A stretch of DNA of 64,000 nucleotides. Source: Acidobacteriota bacterium (GTDB lineage Bacteria > Acidobacteriota > UBA6911 > RPQK01 > JAJDTT01). Shown piece by piece: positions 45,429 through 55,589 of this stretch (position 1 is the first letter of the stretch; every line of letters starts with the position of its first letter). Both the position numbers and the translations under genes were made by a program. Under the pieces are notes generated by a model. It was not told the DNA's origin. It did no database searches and worked only from the letters and a program-made list of their open reading frames with translations. The stretch is from the NCBI GenBank assembly GCA_965263035.1, contig OZ253580.1, positions 3,296,001-3,360,000 on the forward strand, read 5' to 3'.

Positions 45429-48215
45429 CTAGAAACTACTCCCCCACGAATAGTTGAGGCGGGCGTAGTAGTAGCCGCCGCTCAGGCCCCAGGGGGTGAA
45501 CTGGCTGTAGGGGAGGCCGAAAATATCGGCGAAGAGGTCCAGCCGCTGCGAGAAGGTGTTCAGGACGTTCTGACCGCCGAACGCCAGCGTCACGCCTTCG
45601 CCCAACCGGATGCTCGCTTCCAGGTCGACGATATAGCGGCCTTCCAGCAGTGGTGAGTCGGCGCCGCGGACGAACCGGGCGTCGAAGTGGTCCACCCACG
45701 AGCCGTAGTAGTTCAACCGTCCCAGCAGGCCGACCCGGCCCACCTTCTGGTTGACGGCGGCGTTCCAGCGGATCCGGGGTACGCCGCGCTCCAGGCCCAG
45801 GACGTCGCCGGGGGTGAGTAGCTTCGACTCTTCCGTCAGTTCCGTATGGGTGTAGTTCATCGCAAAACTGAACACCGTGTTGCCGCCCAACCCGGGGGGG
45901 TTGTACGTCGAGACCAAGTCGATCCCCTGGTTTCGGCTCGAGAAGTCGTTGATGAAGAACCGGAAGAAGGCCAGCGTGCCGGCGGAGGCGATTCCCTCCG
46001 AGATCAGCAGCGTTCGTTCGTCCTCCGTGAGCGTGAACGTTTGCGACAGGGCGAGGCGGTTGGAGAGGTCGACGCGGAAATAGTCGGCCGTCAGCGTGAA
46101 CGGTCCGGTGTCGATCACCAGCCCAGCCGTGGTGTTGACGGACGTCTCGGGCTCCAGCGGCTTGCCGCCCTTCAGCTCCGCCGCCAGGAAGGTGGAGGGC
46201 ACGTTGGCGCTGTCGACCAGTTGGAGTGTCTTCGGGTCGATGGTGGTCTGTACGTTGAGCGTGTTCTGTTGGCCGGGCGTCGGTGCGCGGAACCCGGTGC
46301 TGACGCCGCCGCGCACGGAGACCACGTCGCTCAGCCCGAAACGGGCCGACAGCTTGCCGTTGGTGGTGGAGCCGAAGAGGTCGAAGTGTTCGAACCGGAG
46401 GGCGCCGCCCACCGTCCACCGGTCCCCCGGGTCCCGCAACTCCAGGTCGCCGTAGAGCGCCACGTTGCTGCGATCCCAGGCTCCGGCCGTATAGTCGGGA
46501 AATCCGGGGAAGCCGTTGGAGCCGGAGACGAAGCCCTGCGCGGCGTACGGTCCGACCTCCCAGGACGGCCTCCCACCGGCTCCGATCTCGAAACGTTCGT
46601 TGCGCCACTCGGTGCCGGCCGCGATGTTGACCATGTCGGTGGCGGCGTAGGAAACGTCGAAGTTGAGGTTCAAGTCTTCCTGACGGTACAGGCCCGGATC
46701 GAATTCACGCGGGGTTTCGGGTCCGAGCGACGCGTTGACGGTGTTCTTGAAGAAGAAGTCCGACTCGTGGGCGCCGTAGCTGGCACTGGCGTCCCAGTTC
46801 AGGCCGTTGGCCAGGATCCCTCGGACACCGCCCACCACGGACATGTCGGTGACCACGCCGCCGAACTGGGGTGTGAACCCGCCCGGGGCGATCTCCCGGA
46901 AAGAGAAGCAGTTCGGGTCCTCGAACACCCGCGCCAGGGCGGCTTGGTCCGGCACGTTGTCGGTGATGCGCACGGTGGGGCAGTTGGCCGATCCGTCGAC
47001 GACGCCGTCATCCGCATCCAGCACATCTGCGATCATCAGCGTCTCGCCCTCGTCGAGGCTGTAGATGTTGGCCCGGTTGTTGGGATTCCGGAAATAGAAA
47101 CCTTCCGTCACCTTTTTCTCGGCGTAGTTGGTGTGGCCGTAGAGCTGCACGCCGTTGGAGAACAGGTGGCCGAAGTTGCCGAAGAACTTGACCTCGTCCT
47201 CGATGGTCGGATTGCCCCAGATCTGCGCCGGGTCGGCCACGGCGGTGTTGCCGGCCGCGATCAGGGCCGCCGCGTCGGCGCGCTGCACGCTCCGGTTCGT
47301 GGGGTCGGAGTTGCCGTACTCCAGGCTGAGGTTGGCGAAGCCTGTCTCGCCCAGCGGCAGTCCCACGTTGCCGGCGATGGTGTACGAATCACCGTCGCCC
47401 GCGCGGTAGGTGCCGGTGTTGAACTCGACACTGCCACCCTTCCGGGCGTCTTTGAGCAGAAAATTGATCACGCCGGCAATGGCGTCCGAGCCGTACTGGG
47501 CCGACGCGCCGTCCCGCAGCACCTCCACCTGGCGCAGCGCGATCGAGGGAATGGTGGAGATGTCGGGACCCTGTGCGCCGTCCGTCACACCGGCGAACCA
47601 GGCGATGACCGACGAGCGGTGGCGGCGCTTGCCGTTCACCAGCACCAGCGTGTGATCGTGGGCAAGGTTGCGCAGGCTGGCCGGCCGCACCAGGGTGGCC
47701 GCATCACTGATGGGGTGCGTGGCGACGTTGAATGAAGGGACCAATGTCCGCAACTGGTAGTCGAGGGTGGTGGAGCCCTGGCTGATGACGTCTTGCAACG
47801 GGATGGCGTCGATGGGGACCGGAGATTTGGTCACCGACCGCGGTTGGGCGCGGCTCCCCACCACCACCAGTTCCGTCTCCAGACGGGCCTGGAGGGTGAT
47901 GGTGACCATACCCTCCGATTGGTCCGCGGAGCCTTCGTCGACCCGAAAATTCTTGGCCGTCACGATGACCCAGTGGGGTCCGGGACCGAGTCCGCAGAAC
48001 CTGGCGACGCCCGCGTTGCCGGTCCTTTCCTCTCGATCCCCGATGGTGACCGTGGCGCCCTGTATCGACGCGGACGAAGGGTCGAGAACCCGAACCTCGA
48101 GGCATTGGTCTTCCGGCTGGCCGGTCTGTTGCGCGATCGCCGGAAGCGTCGATAAAGGTGCAAGCAGAGCTATTAACCCGAACAGATAGCCGGGACGACT
48201 GGCTTTCAATCTCAC
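45429..48215 (-). CDS. TonB-dependent receptor (paralog of 24016..26901)
   Basis: VVGSR TonB box, LVNGKRRH, EVLRDGASAQYGSDAIAGVINF, GFRAP, terminal F; AAGGAG RBS before GTG. Confidence 0.95.
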   Translation of the reverse strand: MRLKASRPGYLFGLIALLAPLSTLPAIAQQTGQPEDQCLEVRVLDPSSASIQGATVTIGDREERTGNAGVARFCGLGPGPHWVIVTAKNFRVDEGSADQSEGMVTITLQARLETELVVVGSRAQPRSVTKSPVPIDAIPLQDVISQGSTTLDYQLRTLVPSFNVATHPISDAATLVRPASLRNLAHDHTLVLVNGKRRHRSSVIAWFAGVTDGAQGPDISTIPSIALRQVEVLRDGASAQYGSDAIAGVINFLLKDARKGGSVEFNTGTYRAGDGDSYTIAGNVGLPLGETGFANLSLEYGNSDPTNRSVQRADAAALIAAGNTAVADPAQIWGNPTIEDEVKFFGNFGHLFSNGVQLYGHTNYAEKKVTEGFYFRNPNNRANIYSLDEGETLMIADVLDADDGVVDGSANCPTVRITDNVPDQAALARVFEDPNCFSFREIAPGGFTPQFGGVVTDMSVVGGVRGILANGLNWDASASYGAHESDFFFKNTVNASLGPETPREFDPGLYRQEDLNLNFDVSYAATDMVNIAAGTEWRNERFEIGAGGRPSWEVGPYAAQGFVSGSNGFPGFPDYTAGAWDRSNVALYGDLELRDPGDRWTVGGALRFEHFDLFGSTTNGKLSARFGLSDVVSVRGGVSTGFRAPTPGQQNTLNVQTTIDPKTLQLVDSANVPSTFLAAELKGGKPLEPETSVNTTAGLVIDTGPFTLTADYFRVDLSNRLALSQTFTLTEDERTLLISEGIASAGTLAFFRFFINDFSSRNQGIDLVSTYNPPGLGGNTVFSFAMNYTHTELTEESKLLTPGDVLGLERGVPRIRWNAAVNQKVGRVGLLGRLNYYGSWVDHFDARFVRGADSPLLEGRYIVDLEASIRLGEGVTLAFGGQNVLNTFSQRLDLFADIFGLPYSQFTPWGLSGGYYYARLNYSWGSSF

Positions 48216-48342
48216 TTCTCCTTGCTTTCCATGAGCGAAAAACAGGCCGGTGCTATCGGGTCGTGGAACGACAATGCGGCTGGAGACAAAAAGCCGTCTG
48301 ATTGGTTGGAAAAAAACGGAATGGCAGGGGTGACGGTGGAAT

Positions 48343-48419
<77 letters not shown>

Positions 48420-48432
48420 ACAGAGACGGGGA

Positions 48433-48462
48433 ATCGTAGTTGAAGGCGGGAGAGCTTGTCAA
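48433..48462 (-). promoter_or_regulatory. sigma70 promoter of tRNA-fMet
   Basis: TTGACA (48462-48457), 18 bp, TACGAT (48438-48433) just upstream of the tRNA. Confidence 0.7.
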
Positions 48463-48500
48463 GCTCCCCCGTCGCCTGGGTCATGGGTCCGTCGCCTTGA

Positions 48501-49340
48501 TTACTGTTCTCCGGCGCCCTCCGCGGAAGCCTCTTCCTCGGCATCCTTGGCGCACCGGAAACCGGTCCCGTACTGGGCCTTGGCCGGGTATCCGCTGCGG
48601 GTCATCAGCGTCATGCTGACCCCCTTGAAGGCGAAGGACGCGCCTCTGAGAGCGTAGAGCTTGAACCGGGGATTGAACGCATCGTTGTTGCGAGCCTTGC
48701 TCTTGGGATAGGGTCGGAGCCGGTCGCTGGTCCACTCCTGGACGTTGCCCATCATGTCGTAGACGCCGTAGCCGCTCTTGTCCGTCTCGAACATTCCGAC
48801 GTCGACCGGACGGTGGTAACTCGTGTCATTGGTATTGGACTTGCTCGGGTCGTAGGTATCGCCCCAGGGGTAAGAGAAGTTCTCCGGTCCTCGGGCGGCC
48901 CGCTCCCACTCCGCTTCGGTGGGGAGGCGGCTCCCGGCCCACTCGCAGTAGGCTTTGGAGTCATCCAGAGTCAGATTGGTGACGGGAACATCCTCCTTCC
49001 CGATCGAGTACATGGGTCGCCAGTTGCTCTCCACCTTGGTGCCGCTCTCGGTCAGGAACTTGATCCACTGTCCGTTAGTGACCTCATAGACGTCGATATG
49101 GTAGGGCTTGTCCATGGTCACGTTGTGGGCCGGTGTTTCCAGGCCGGCAGCGTTCTTCGGGACGTTGTCGGTTCCCATCATGAACTCCCCCGCGGGGATC
49201 AGAACCATGTCCCCCGGCTTGGGCTTGGGTGGAGGCAGATCGACCGGAGCCTGCTCAGGCTCCGGTGGCGGCTCAGAGCAACTGAACAGGGCCAGTGACG
49301 CGATCATGAGAACGGCGGAGAACAGAATTCTGAGTGTCAT
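48501..49340 (-). CDS. SUMF1/FGE-sulfatase domain lipoprotein (no catalytic Cys pair)
   Basis: Lipobox FSC; IPAGEFMMG, EVTN, RLPTEAEWERAARG, YDMMGNVQEW, GFRC. Confidence 0.9.
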   Translation of the reverse strand: MTLRILFSAVLMIASLALFSCSEPPPEPEQAPVDLPPPKPKPGDMVLIPAGEFMMGTDNVPKNAAGLETPAHNVTMDKPYHIDVYEVTNGQWIKFLTESGTKVESNWRPMYSIGKEDVPVTNLTLDDSKAYCEWAGSRLPTEAEWERAARGPENFSYPWGDTYDPSKSNTNDTSYHRPVDVGMFETDKSGYGVYDMMGNVQEWTSDRLRPYPKSKARNNDAFNPRFKLYALRGASFAFKGVSMTLMTRSGYPAKAQYGTGFRCAKDAEEEASAEGAGEQ

Positions 49341-49410
49341 GGTGTCCCATTTATACCACCCGATTCGACGATAAGATAGATGCCGGACGGCGAATGAACG
49401 GCGCGCACGG

Positions 49411-50733
49411 CTACGTTCGATAGGTCTTCCGAACCCACGACAGAGCCTCTTCCCGAGCGGTCAGGATCCCTTCCAGTTGGAGGTCCTCGGCTTGCTGGAG
49501 GATCTCCGAGAATACCGGGCCCGGCTTCAATCCCAGTGCAATCAGATCGTGCCCGTTGAGGAGCGGAGGAGGGGTCAGGGCCTCCTGATCCAGCTCGCGC
49601 AATTTCTCCCGGCAGAAGTCGTAGTTGGAAAGATCTCCGTGACTTGCCAAGCAGTCCAGACGATGGAGTTCCAGGTGTTCGTCGAACCCCTCCGTTCGAA
49701 GAAAGCGGCGGAGCGTGCTCTCGCGCATCTGCCGGACGTGCATGAAGCGGAGGTGATCCTTCACCAGACGGACCACCTGCTGGATCTGGGTCCCCGAGAG
49801 CTTGAGCCGGCGGCAGACCTCTTCGGCCATCCGGGCCCCCAGTTCGGCATGTCCGTCGAATCGGATCCGCTCCCCGAAAGCGAACGTTTTGGGCTTGCCC
49901 ACGTCGTGAAGCAGTACTCCCAGGGCCAGGGTCGGGCTCAAATTCCGAGCCATGGAGAACATCAGGCGCGTGTGCTGATAGACGTCCCCTTCCGGATGGA
50001 ACTCCGGCGGCTGCATCACCCCGTGCAGGGCGTAAACCTCGGGCAGGACGGTCTCCACAACGCCCGTGTCGGACAGCAGCGTCAAGCCCCGCGCCGGCGC
50101 GGGACCTCCCAGGATCTTGAGGATCTCTTCCCGGATCCTCTCCCAGCTGATCTGGTCGAGCCGGTGGGCGAAGCGGGTCACGCCGTCGTAGGTGGGGCCG
50201 TCGATCCGGAAGCCGAGCTGGCAGGCGAACCGTATCCCCCTCAGCACCCGGAGCTTGTCCTCTCCGAACGTCAGCCGGGGTTCCCGGACGGTCCGAATCA
50301 GGCCTCGATCCAGGTCCTTCCTTCCTTCGGTGAAGTCGATGACCTCCTCGGTTTCCGGATCCAGGAAGAGCGCATTGACGGTGAAATCCCTTCGCAGGGC
50401 GTCCTGACGGGCATCGGTGAACCGGACCTTCCCGGGATGCCTGCCGTCCGTGTAACCCGACTCGGCCCGAAAGGTGGCGACCTCGTAGTTGAGCTTTCCC
50501 AATACGACCACGACGACGCCGAAATCGCGGCCCACTCCGATGGTGCGGGGAAAGAGCCTCTCCACGACGTCGGGAGGAGCCGCGGTGGCGATGTCGATTT
50601 CGGTGACGTTCCGGTTCAGGAGAAGGTCCCGAACGGCGCCTCCGGCGAAATAGACTGGGTAGCCTTCAGCCCCCAGAACCTTGGTGATGTGGAGAGCCCC
50701 TTCCAGAAGGCGGGGCTCGATTCGTTCCAGCAC
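49411..50733 (-). CDS. cca: CCA tRNA nucleotidyltransferase / poly(A) polymerase family with HD domain
   Basis: GGAVRD, EIDIAT, RRDFTVNAL, EDKLRVLR, ERIREE, HPEGDV, LLHDVGK. Confidence 0.9.
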   Translation of the reverse strand: MLERIEPRLLEGALHITKVLGAEGYPVYFAGGAVRDLLLNRNVTEIDIATAAPPDVVERLFPRTIGVGRDFGVVVVVLGKLNYEVATFRAESGYTDGRHPGKVRFTDARQDALRRDFTVNALFLDPETEEVIDFTEGRKDLDRGLIRTVREPRLTFGEDKLRVLRGIRFACQLGFRIDGPTYDGVTRFAHRLDQISWERIREEILKILGGPAPARGLTLLSDTGVVETVLPEVYALHGVMQPPEFHPEGDVYQHTRLMFSMARNLSPTLALGVLLHDVGKPKTFAFGERIRFDGHAELGARMAEEVCRRLKLSGTQIQQVVRLVKDHLRFMHVRQMRESTLRRFLRTEGFDEHLELHRLDCLASHGDLSNYDFCREKLRELDQEALTPPPLLNGHDLIALGLKPGPVFSEILQQAEDLQLEGILTAREEALSWVRKTYRT

Positions 50734-50782
50734 TCGCCGCCCTTTCGGTTCGATGTCAGGATGGAAGGATCGGGTCCCCGCG

Positions 50783-51388
50783 TCAGGTTTGGATCGTGGC
50801 CCGGCCCGGACTTATTGTGACATCTTTGATGCCGTACGGCATGGAGAAGGGCTGCCGGGGATCGACCGGGAGTTGAGTCGCCTCGAGGAGACGGTCTATG
50901 AGGGACTCCAACAGCAGGGCAGGGAACGTGACGCCGTCCAGTGTCAATCCCATAAAACGGTAGCGTCCGCGGCCATCCTCCACCTCCAGGACACCGTCCA
51001 CTTCCACCTGATGGCGGCCTCCCAGGAGTGCCGTCAGGAGACCCGCCTGCGGCGTGTTCTTGCTCGAGGCGACCTTGCTGAGGTCAACGTCGGCCTGAAC
51101 CAGCAGACGATCTTGCCGGAAGCGCACCTTTACCGATTCGACGCCCTTGGGATTGTATTTCCGTAAGCGGAAGGCCAGAAAGGCATTGAGATCTTCTTCA
51201 CTGAGAACGTAGGTTTCGGGACGCGACCCGGAGGAATCGGATTGCGTCTCCAGCCGTTTGAGCAGCTGTTCAACCCGGACCACCGCCTCGCTCGGATCCC
51301 CGAGGGACTCGCCGGGAACGGGAACCAACAGGACGGCCGCCAGCAAGACCCCGGCGGCTCCGCGAAGAGTCCCAGCGAATCGTCTCAT
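50783..51388 (-). CDS. Hypothetical exported protein
   Basis: Signal peptide; overlaps the thiI stop by 4 bp; host-like codon usage. Confidence 0.7.
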   Translation of the reverse strand: MRRFAGTLRGAAGVLLAAVLLVPVPGESLGDPSEAVVRVEQLLKRLETQSDSSGSRPETYVLSEEDLNAFLAFRLRKYNPKGVESVKVRFRQDRLLVQADVDLSKVASSKNTPQAGLLTALLGGRHQVEVDGVLEVEDGRGRYRFMGLTLDGVTFPALLLESLIDRLLEATQLPVDPRQPFSMPYGIKDVTISPGRATIQT

Positions 51389-52602
51389 GATGGATCGTTC
51401 CGAGTGCTGAGTCCTGCCTCGGTTATCGGTGTTTCCGAGGAAGCCGAATCGAAGGTCTCTCGTTCGGCACCGTCCAGGGCGGCTGCCACCAGTGCCTCCA
51501 CGTCGAGAGCTGCTTCGGTCTCCTCGATCGCCGCCGCTTGGGCGCGAGTCTCGGGATGTCTGGGCACGAAAAGGGAACAGCAGTCCACGTCGGGCAAGAT
51601 GGAGACGGGAAAGGTCCCGATACGCCTGGCGGTCTGAATGATCTCCTCCTTGTCGTCTCCCACCAAGGGACGGAGCACGGGTATGCTAACGGTACTGGAA
51701 ATGACTGACAGGTTCGGCAGCGTCTGGGACGCTACCTGACCGATGCTGTCTCCGGTCACCAGGGCCAGCGCACCCTCCCGGAGGGCCAACCGTTCCGCAA
51801 TCCTCATCATGAATCGCCGGTAGAAGATCACCCGAGTCTCCGGCGGCGTCAGGGCGACGATCTGTCGCTGGGTGTGGGCGAACGGCACTCGATAAAGGAC
51901 GGATTGAAACTGGTACTGGTTCAACAACCGGACCAGCCGACGAACTTTTTCCTGGGATTCCAGGTTGGTGAAGGGGTAGCTGTGAAAATGGACGAAGATC
52001 ACCGGACAACCCCGTTTCATGATCTTGTAGGCCGCCACCGGCGAATCGATCCCTCCTGACAGGAGCGCCACCACCGGTCCCGAAGTGGTGACGGGAAGAC
52101 CGCGGACACCTGGCAGCTTGGTGAAGTAGAGGAAGGCGTACCGTTCCACGATGTCGACGTGGCAGGTCAGATCCGGAGCGGTGAGGTTGACCCCCTTTCC
52201 CGAACGCTCCACCAGATAGGACCCCAGAAGACGGTTCAACTCGGGTGACGTCAGCGGAAAACTCTTCTGAGCGCGCCGGGCCTCGATCTTGAAGGTGGCG
52301 TACTCGCGGTCCCGGACGAGCGTCCAGAGGTTCCGTTCCAACTCCTCCAGGGATTGCCCCGAAAGCCACGCGGGAGAACAGGACGCCAGCCCGAATACCT
52401 TCTGAAGGCGCTTTCCGATCTGCTGGTGAGGGGCATCCTCCGGCACTTCGACTAGAATCCGGCCGGAGATTCGGCGAACCGATCTGTACGGATACCGGGC
52501 CAGAGCCCTGCGGATGTTCTGGCAGAGCCGCCTCTCGAAGAAGGCTCGGTTTCCCTTCTTGAGCCCGATCTCATGATAGTGACAGAGGAAGAATCGGCGC
52601 AC
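51385..52602 (-). CDS. thiI: tRNA 4-thiouridine(8) synthase ThiI (no rhodanese domain)
   Basis: HYHEIGLKKGNR, THUMP domain, PP-loop LSGGIDSPVA, GQVASQTL, DCC. Confidence 0.95.
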   Translation of the reverse strand: MRRFFLCHYHEIGLKKGNRAFFERRLCQNIRRALARYPYRSVRRISGRILVEVPEDAPHQQIGKRLQKVFGLASCSPAWLSGQSLEELERNLWTLVRDREYATFKIEARRAQKSFPLTSPELNRLLGSYLVERSGKGVNLTAPDLTCHVDIVERYAFLYFTKLPGVRGLPVTTSGPVVALLSGGIDSPVAAYKIMKRGCPVIFVHFHSYPFTNLESQEKVRRLVRLLNQYQFQSVLYRVPFAHTQRQIVALTPPETRVIFYRRFMMRIAERLALREGALALVTGDSIGQVASQTLPNLSVISSTVSIPVLRPLVGDDKEEIIQTARRIGTFPVSILPDVDCCSLFVPRHPETRAQAAAIEETEAALDVEALVAAALDGAERETFDSASSETPITEAGLSTRNDPS

Positions 52603-52798
52603 CGGATCATTATAGACCGGAGAGGAAAGAGGAGATTCCCTCCGGCCAGGAGCGGCAGTTTCCTAACCGCCGAACTCCGGTGGAACAATGTGGCGAGGCG
52701 GGAGCGGACGATTAAACTGCCGTCCCTGCAGTCGTCCACGCTGCCTCGGAAATTCCGCGCAAACGGCGTGGTCAATCGGGGTGCGGTAGAATTACCCC

Positions 52799-53191
52799 AT
52801 GAATCGCCGCAACTATCTTCTTGGTTTTCTGGGAATCGGGCTCTTCTCCGGCCGCGCTTCCCTTGCTGCCCATCACAAGCCGATCCAACTCCACGTGGAC
52901 CTGGAAGTGGACCCGGCCCGGGAAGGAGAGATGGTGGAGAACTTCCACAAGATCTTCCGCCCGGCCATCAGCGGCCAGCCCGGCTTCGTCGAGGTTCGCC
53001 TGATGAAGCTGCGGCAAGCCCTGGCGGGTCCGGCTCCCGGCAACTTCAAGTACCGGCTCCTCATCAGTTTCAAGACCGAGGAGCAGCGCCAGACCTGGGT
53101 GGCCACGGATGAGCATCAGCGGGTCTGGCCCACCATCGAAAAGACGCTCACCGGAACCAAGTACGGTGTCCTTCTCTACGACGTGGTTTGA
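52799..53191 (+). CDS. Small Tat-exported dimeric alpha/beta-barrel (ABM-like) protein
   Basis: MNRRNYL twin-arginine; QPGF, F.TEE.R..W.A..EH..VW pattern. Confidence 0.7.
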   Translation: MNRRNYLLGFLGIGLFSGRASLAAHHKPIQLHVDLEVDPAREGEMVENFHKIFRPAISGQPGFVEVRLMKLRQALAGPAPGNFKYRLLISFKTEEQRQTWVATDEHQRVWPTIEKTLTGTKYGVLLYDVV

Positions 53192-53245
53192 CGTTCCCAA
53201 CGAGCCGTGCCATGGGCTCGCGCGTGGACATCCACGGGAAATTCT

Positions 53246-54208
53246 TCAAGTGACGACGTTCCGCGGGCGGCCCTCGAGGAAGGCGATGACGTTGTCGACG
53301 ACGCCCTGGTTGAGGAGGTCGTAGCCTTCGGGGGTCTGGTCTGCGCTGTGCGGGGTCAGGACCAGTTGCTCGCATTCCAACAACGGGTCGTTCGCCGGCA
53401 GCGGCTCGGTGTCGTACACGTCCAGGCCGGCGCCTCCCAGATGTCCTGAACGGAGGGACTCCACCAGGGCGGCCGCGTCGACGATGGGTCCTCGCGCCGT
53501 GTTGACCAGCAGGCTTCCCGCTTTCATCAGCGACAATTCCCGGGTGCCGATCAGATGATGGCTCTCGGGAGTCAGCTTGACGTGGATCGTCACCACGTCC
53601 GACACTCGCAACAACTCGTCCAGCTCCAGAAAGCGGACCCCCAGCCTTCGGCTTCGCTCGGCGGACGGATTGAAGGTCCAGGCCACCACCCGCATTCCCA
53701 GCGCCCGGCAGAGCTCGATCATCTTGGCGCCGATGGCGCCGGTCCCGATGACGCCGGCGGTCTTGTCGCGCAGGTAGACGTTGTTCATGCCTATCCACCG
53801 GCCCGCCCGCAGCTCGGCGGTCTGGTAGGAGACCCGCTTGGAGGCGGCCAGCATGAGAGCGAGTGCATGCTCGGCCACCACCGAAGCCGTCTGTCCCGGA
53901 ATGTTGGAGACGATGATGTTCCGCTCCCGTGCCGCCTCCAGATCGATGGAGTCGGTTCCGATCCCGCATACCGTGATGAAGCGTAGACGGGGAAGCTGCT
54001 CCAGCAAATGCCGAGGCCATTTGACCGCGCCCCGGGAATTGATCATGACCTGCGCGTCCCGGACCCGGCTCAGTTTCTCGGCGTCGCCGGCGGGAGAAGT
54101 GGAGTAGAGGACCACCTCTCCGTAAGGGCGCAGGCGCTCCAGGTGCGGGGATCCGGCCAGTTGCACCGGGTTGTCACCGGGGACCACGATCAGGGGTCTT
54201 TTTTCCAT
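53246..54208 (-). CDS. D-isomer-specific 2-hydroxyacid dehydrogenase (SerA-like)
   Basis: VAEH, GTGAIG, LVNTARG, GAGLDV..EP, LTPHSA. Confidence 0.93.
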   Translation of the reverse strand: MEKRPLIVVPGDNPVQLAGSPHLERLRPYGEVVLYSTSPAGDAEKLSRVRDAQVMINSRGAVKWPRHLLEQLPRLRFITVCGIGTDSIDLEAARERNIIVSNIPGQTASVVAEHALALMLAASKRVSYQTAELRAGRWIGMNNVYLRDKTAGVIGTGAIGAKMIELCRALGMRVVAWTFNPSAERSRRLGVRFLELDELLRVSDVVTIHVKLTPESHHLIGTRELSLMKAGSLLVNTARGPIVDAAALVESLRSGHLGGAGLDVYDTEPLPANDPLLECEQLVLTPHSADQTPEGYDLLNQGVVDNVIAFLEGRPRNVVT

Positions 54209-54410
54209 TGGAATCGGTCCTTTCTTCTGGTTGGTGATAGGATTCAGTGAAACTGTTTCTCACTCTCTGCCGCCGTTGAGGACGCCTGATGATGAGCGGA
54301 TTTTTCGCTATTCCGGCTCGGCAGCCGCCCTCCTCCACCGGCCGGAACGCCGTTCACAGTAGTCCTTTGGGCCGGGACGCGGCAAGGCCAATGGACGCGA
54401 GGCGGGTGAA

Positions 54411-55583
54411 GTGATCAGGCGCCGGGAATTCCTCAGAAGGACTGCCGCGGCGGGGGTCGTGGCCATGATCGGAAGGGTGACTGCGGGAGCCGCCGGCTCC
54501 GGAAGAGGAGACCGGGGAACCGCTGTCCCCGCCCCCTTTTCCTACGAGATTCCCCACACCCGATCCACGACTCCCATCCAGAGGGCCAGAATCTACCCCA
54601 TGTCCAGTCCCTTCACCCGGACCGACACCCGAACCGGCCTGACCCGAAACGGCCACGTCTACGCGGCCGGCAGCGGCTACCTCTGGGCGTCCCGGGATCG
54701 GGGCAGGACCTGGACCATGCGGAAGCTCCCGGTGGGAACCGGCGGCGGATTCGGAATCCTGAACGACGACGTCTTCATCCTGATCCATGACGCGCCGGAT
54801 CATTCGGTGACCTACGTTCAGCGCTCCACGGACTACGGTGAAACCTGGAGCGAGCCCTTTCCTCTGGACGTGAGCCCCTACACCTTCAGCGGCTCCGGTT
54901 GGAGCGACGTCTACCAGCACCCGGACGGTACCGCCATGATCACCGTGACGCTCCGCTCCCGGGACGGGGTCGACGAATGGGACAATCCTCAGGTTCGCGG
55001 TTTCCACGACCACATCTTTCGCTCCCGGGACGGGGGCCGGAACTGGGGAGACCGGACCCTGATTCTGCCCTATTCGGCCGAGACCACCCTGATGGCGGTG
55101 AAGGACTCGAACCGGATGTTGGCCTATATCCGAGCCCAGAGACCCATGCTGAAGGAGGATCCGGCCGACTTCCGGGAGCGGACCGGGGCCACCCCCACCG
55201 AGGAGTGGGTTCTCAAGAACGGGGTCATCGCCGAGTCCGTCGACGGCGGCCGGAACTGGGTGAACCCCAGGTTGTTCGACCTTCGGGGCAGCGTCCCGGG
55301 CGAGTTCGTCCAGGTTCCCGACGGAAGGGTCGCCGCCATCTGGTTGCAGCGCTACCCCTACGAGCTGGCCGAGATCCGGGCCCGCATCAGCTCCGACGGA
55401 GGACGGTCCTGGGGCCCGACGACTTACTCGCTCATGCACGGGCACGGCTACCCGGACAGCGTGGTCTATCCCGACGGATCCATCGTGACCGTCTGCGAAA
55501 ACACGGACTTGAACCACCGGGGCCGGGTGCTGGGAAGCCGAACCATGGCGGCGCTCCACTGGCGGCTCCCGGACCAGGAATAG
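54411..55583 (+). CDS. Tat-exported BNR/Asp-box (sialidase-family) beta-propeller protein
   Basis: RRREFL; Asp boxes SRDRGRTW, STDYGETW, SRDGGRNW, SVDGGRNW, SSDGGRSW. Confidence 0.85.
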   Translation: MIRRREFLRRTAAAGVVAMIGRVTAGAAGSGRGDRGTAVPAPFSYEIPHTRSTTPIQRARIYPMSSPFTRTDTRTGLTRNGHVYAAGSGYLWASRDRGRTWTMRKLPVGTGGGFGILNDDVFILIHDAPDHSVTYVQRSTDYGETWSEPFPLDVSPYTFSGSGWSDVYQHPDGTAMITVTLRSRDGVDEWDNPQVRGFHDHIFRSRDGGRNWGDRTLILPYSAETTLMAVKDSNRMLAYIRAQRPMLKEDPADFRERTGATPTEEWVLKNGVIAESVDGGRNWVNPRLFDLRGSVPGEFVQVPDGRVAAIWLQRYPYELAEIRARISSDGGRSWGPTTYSLMHGHGYPDSVVYPDGSIVTVCENTDLNHRGRVLGSRTMAALHWRLPDQE

Positions 55584-55589
55584 CCGCAT

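Noticed and set aside
48501-49340. FGE-domain protein as sulfatase-maturing enzyme or DGR target
   Set aside because: Lacks the catalytic Cys pair; no template repeat or RT seen in the window.
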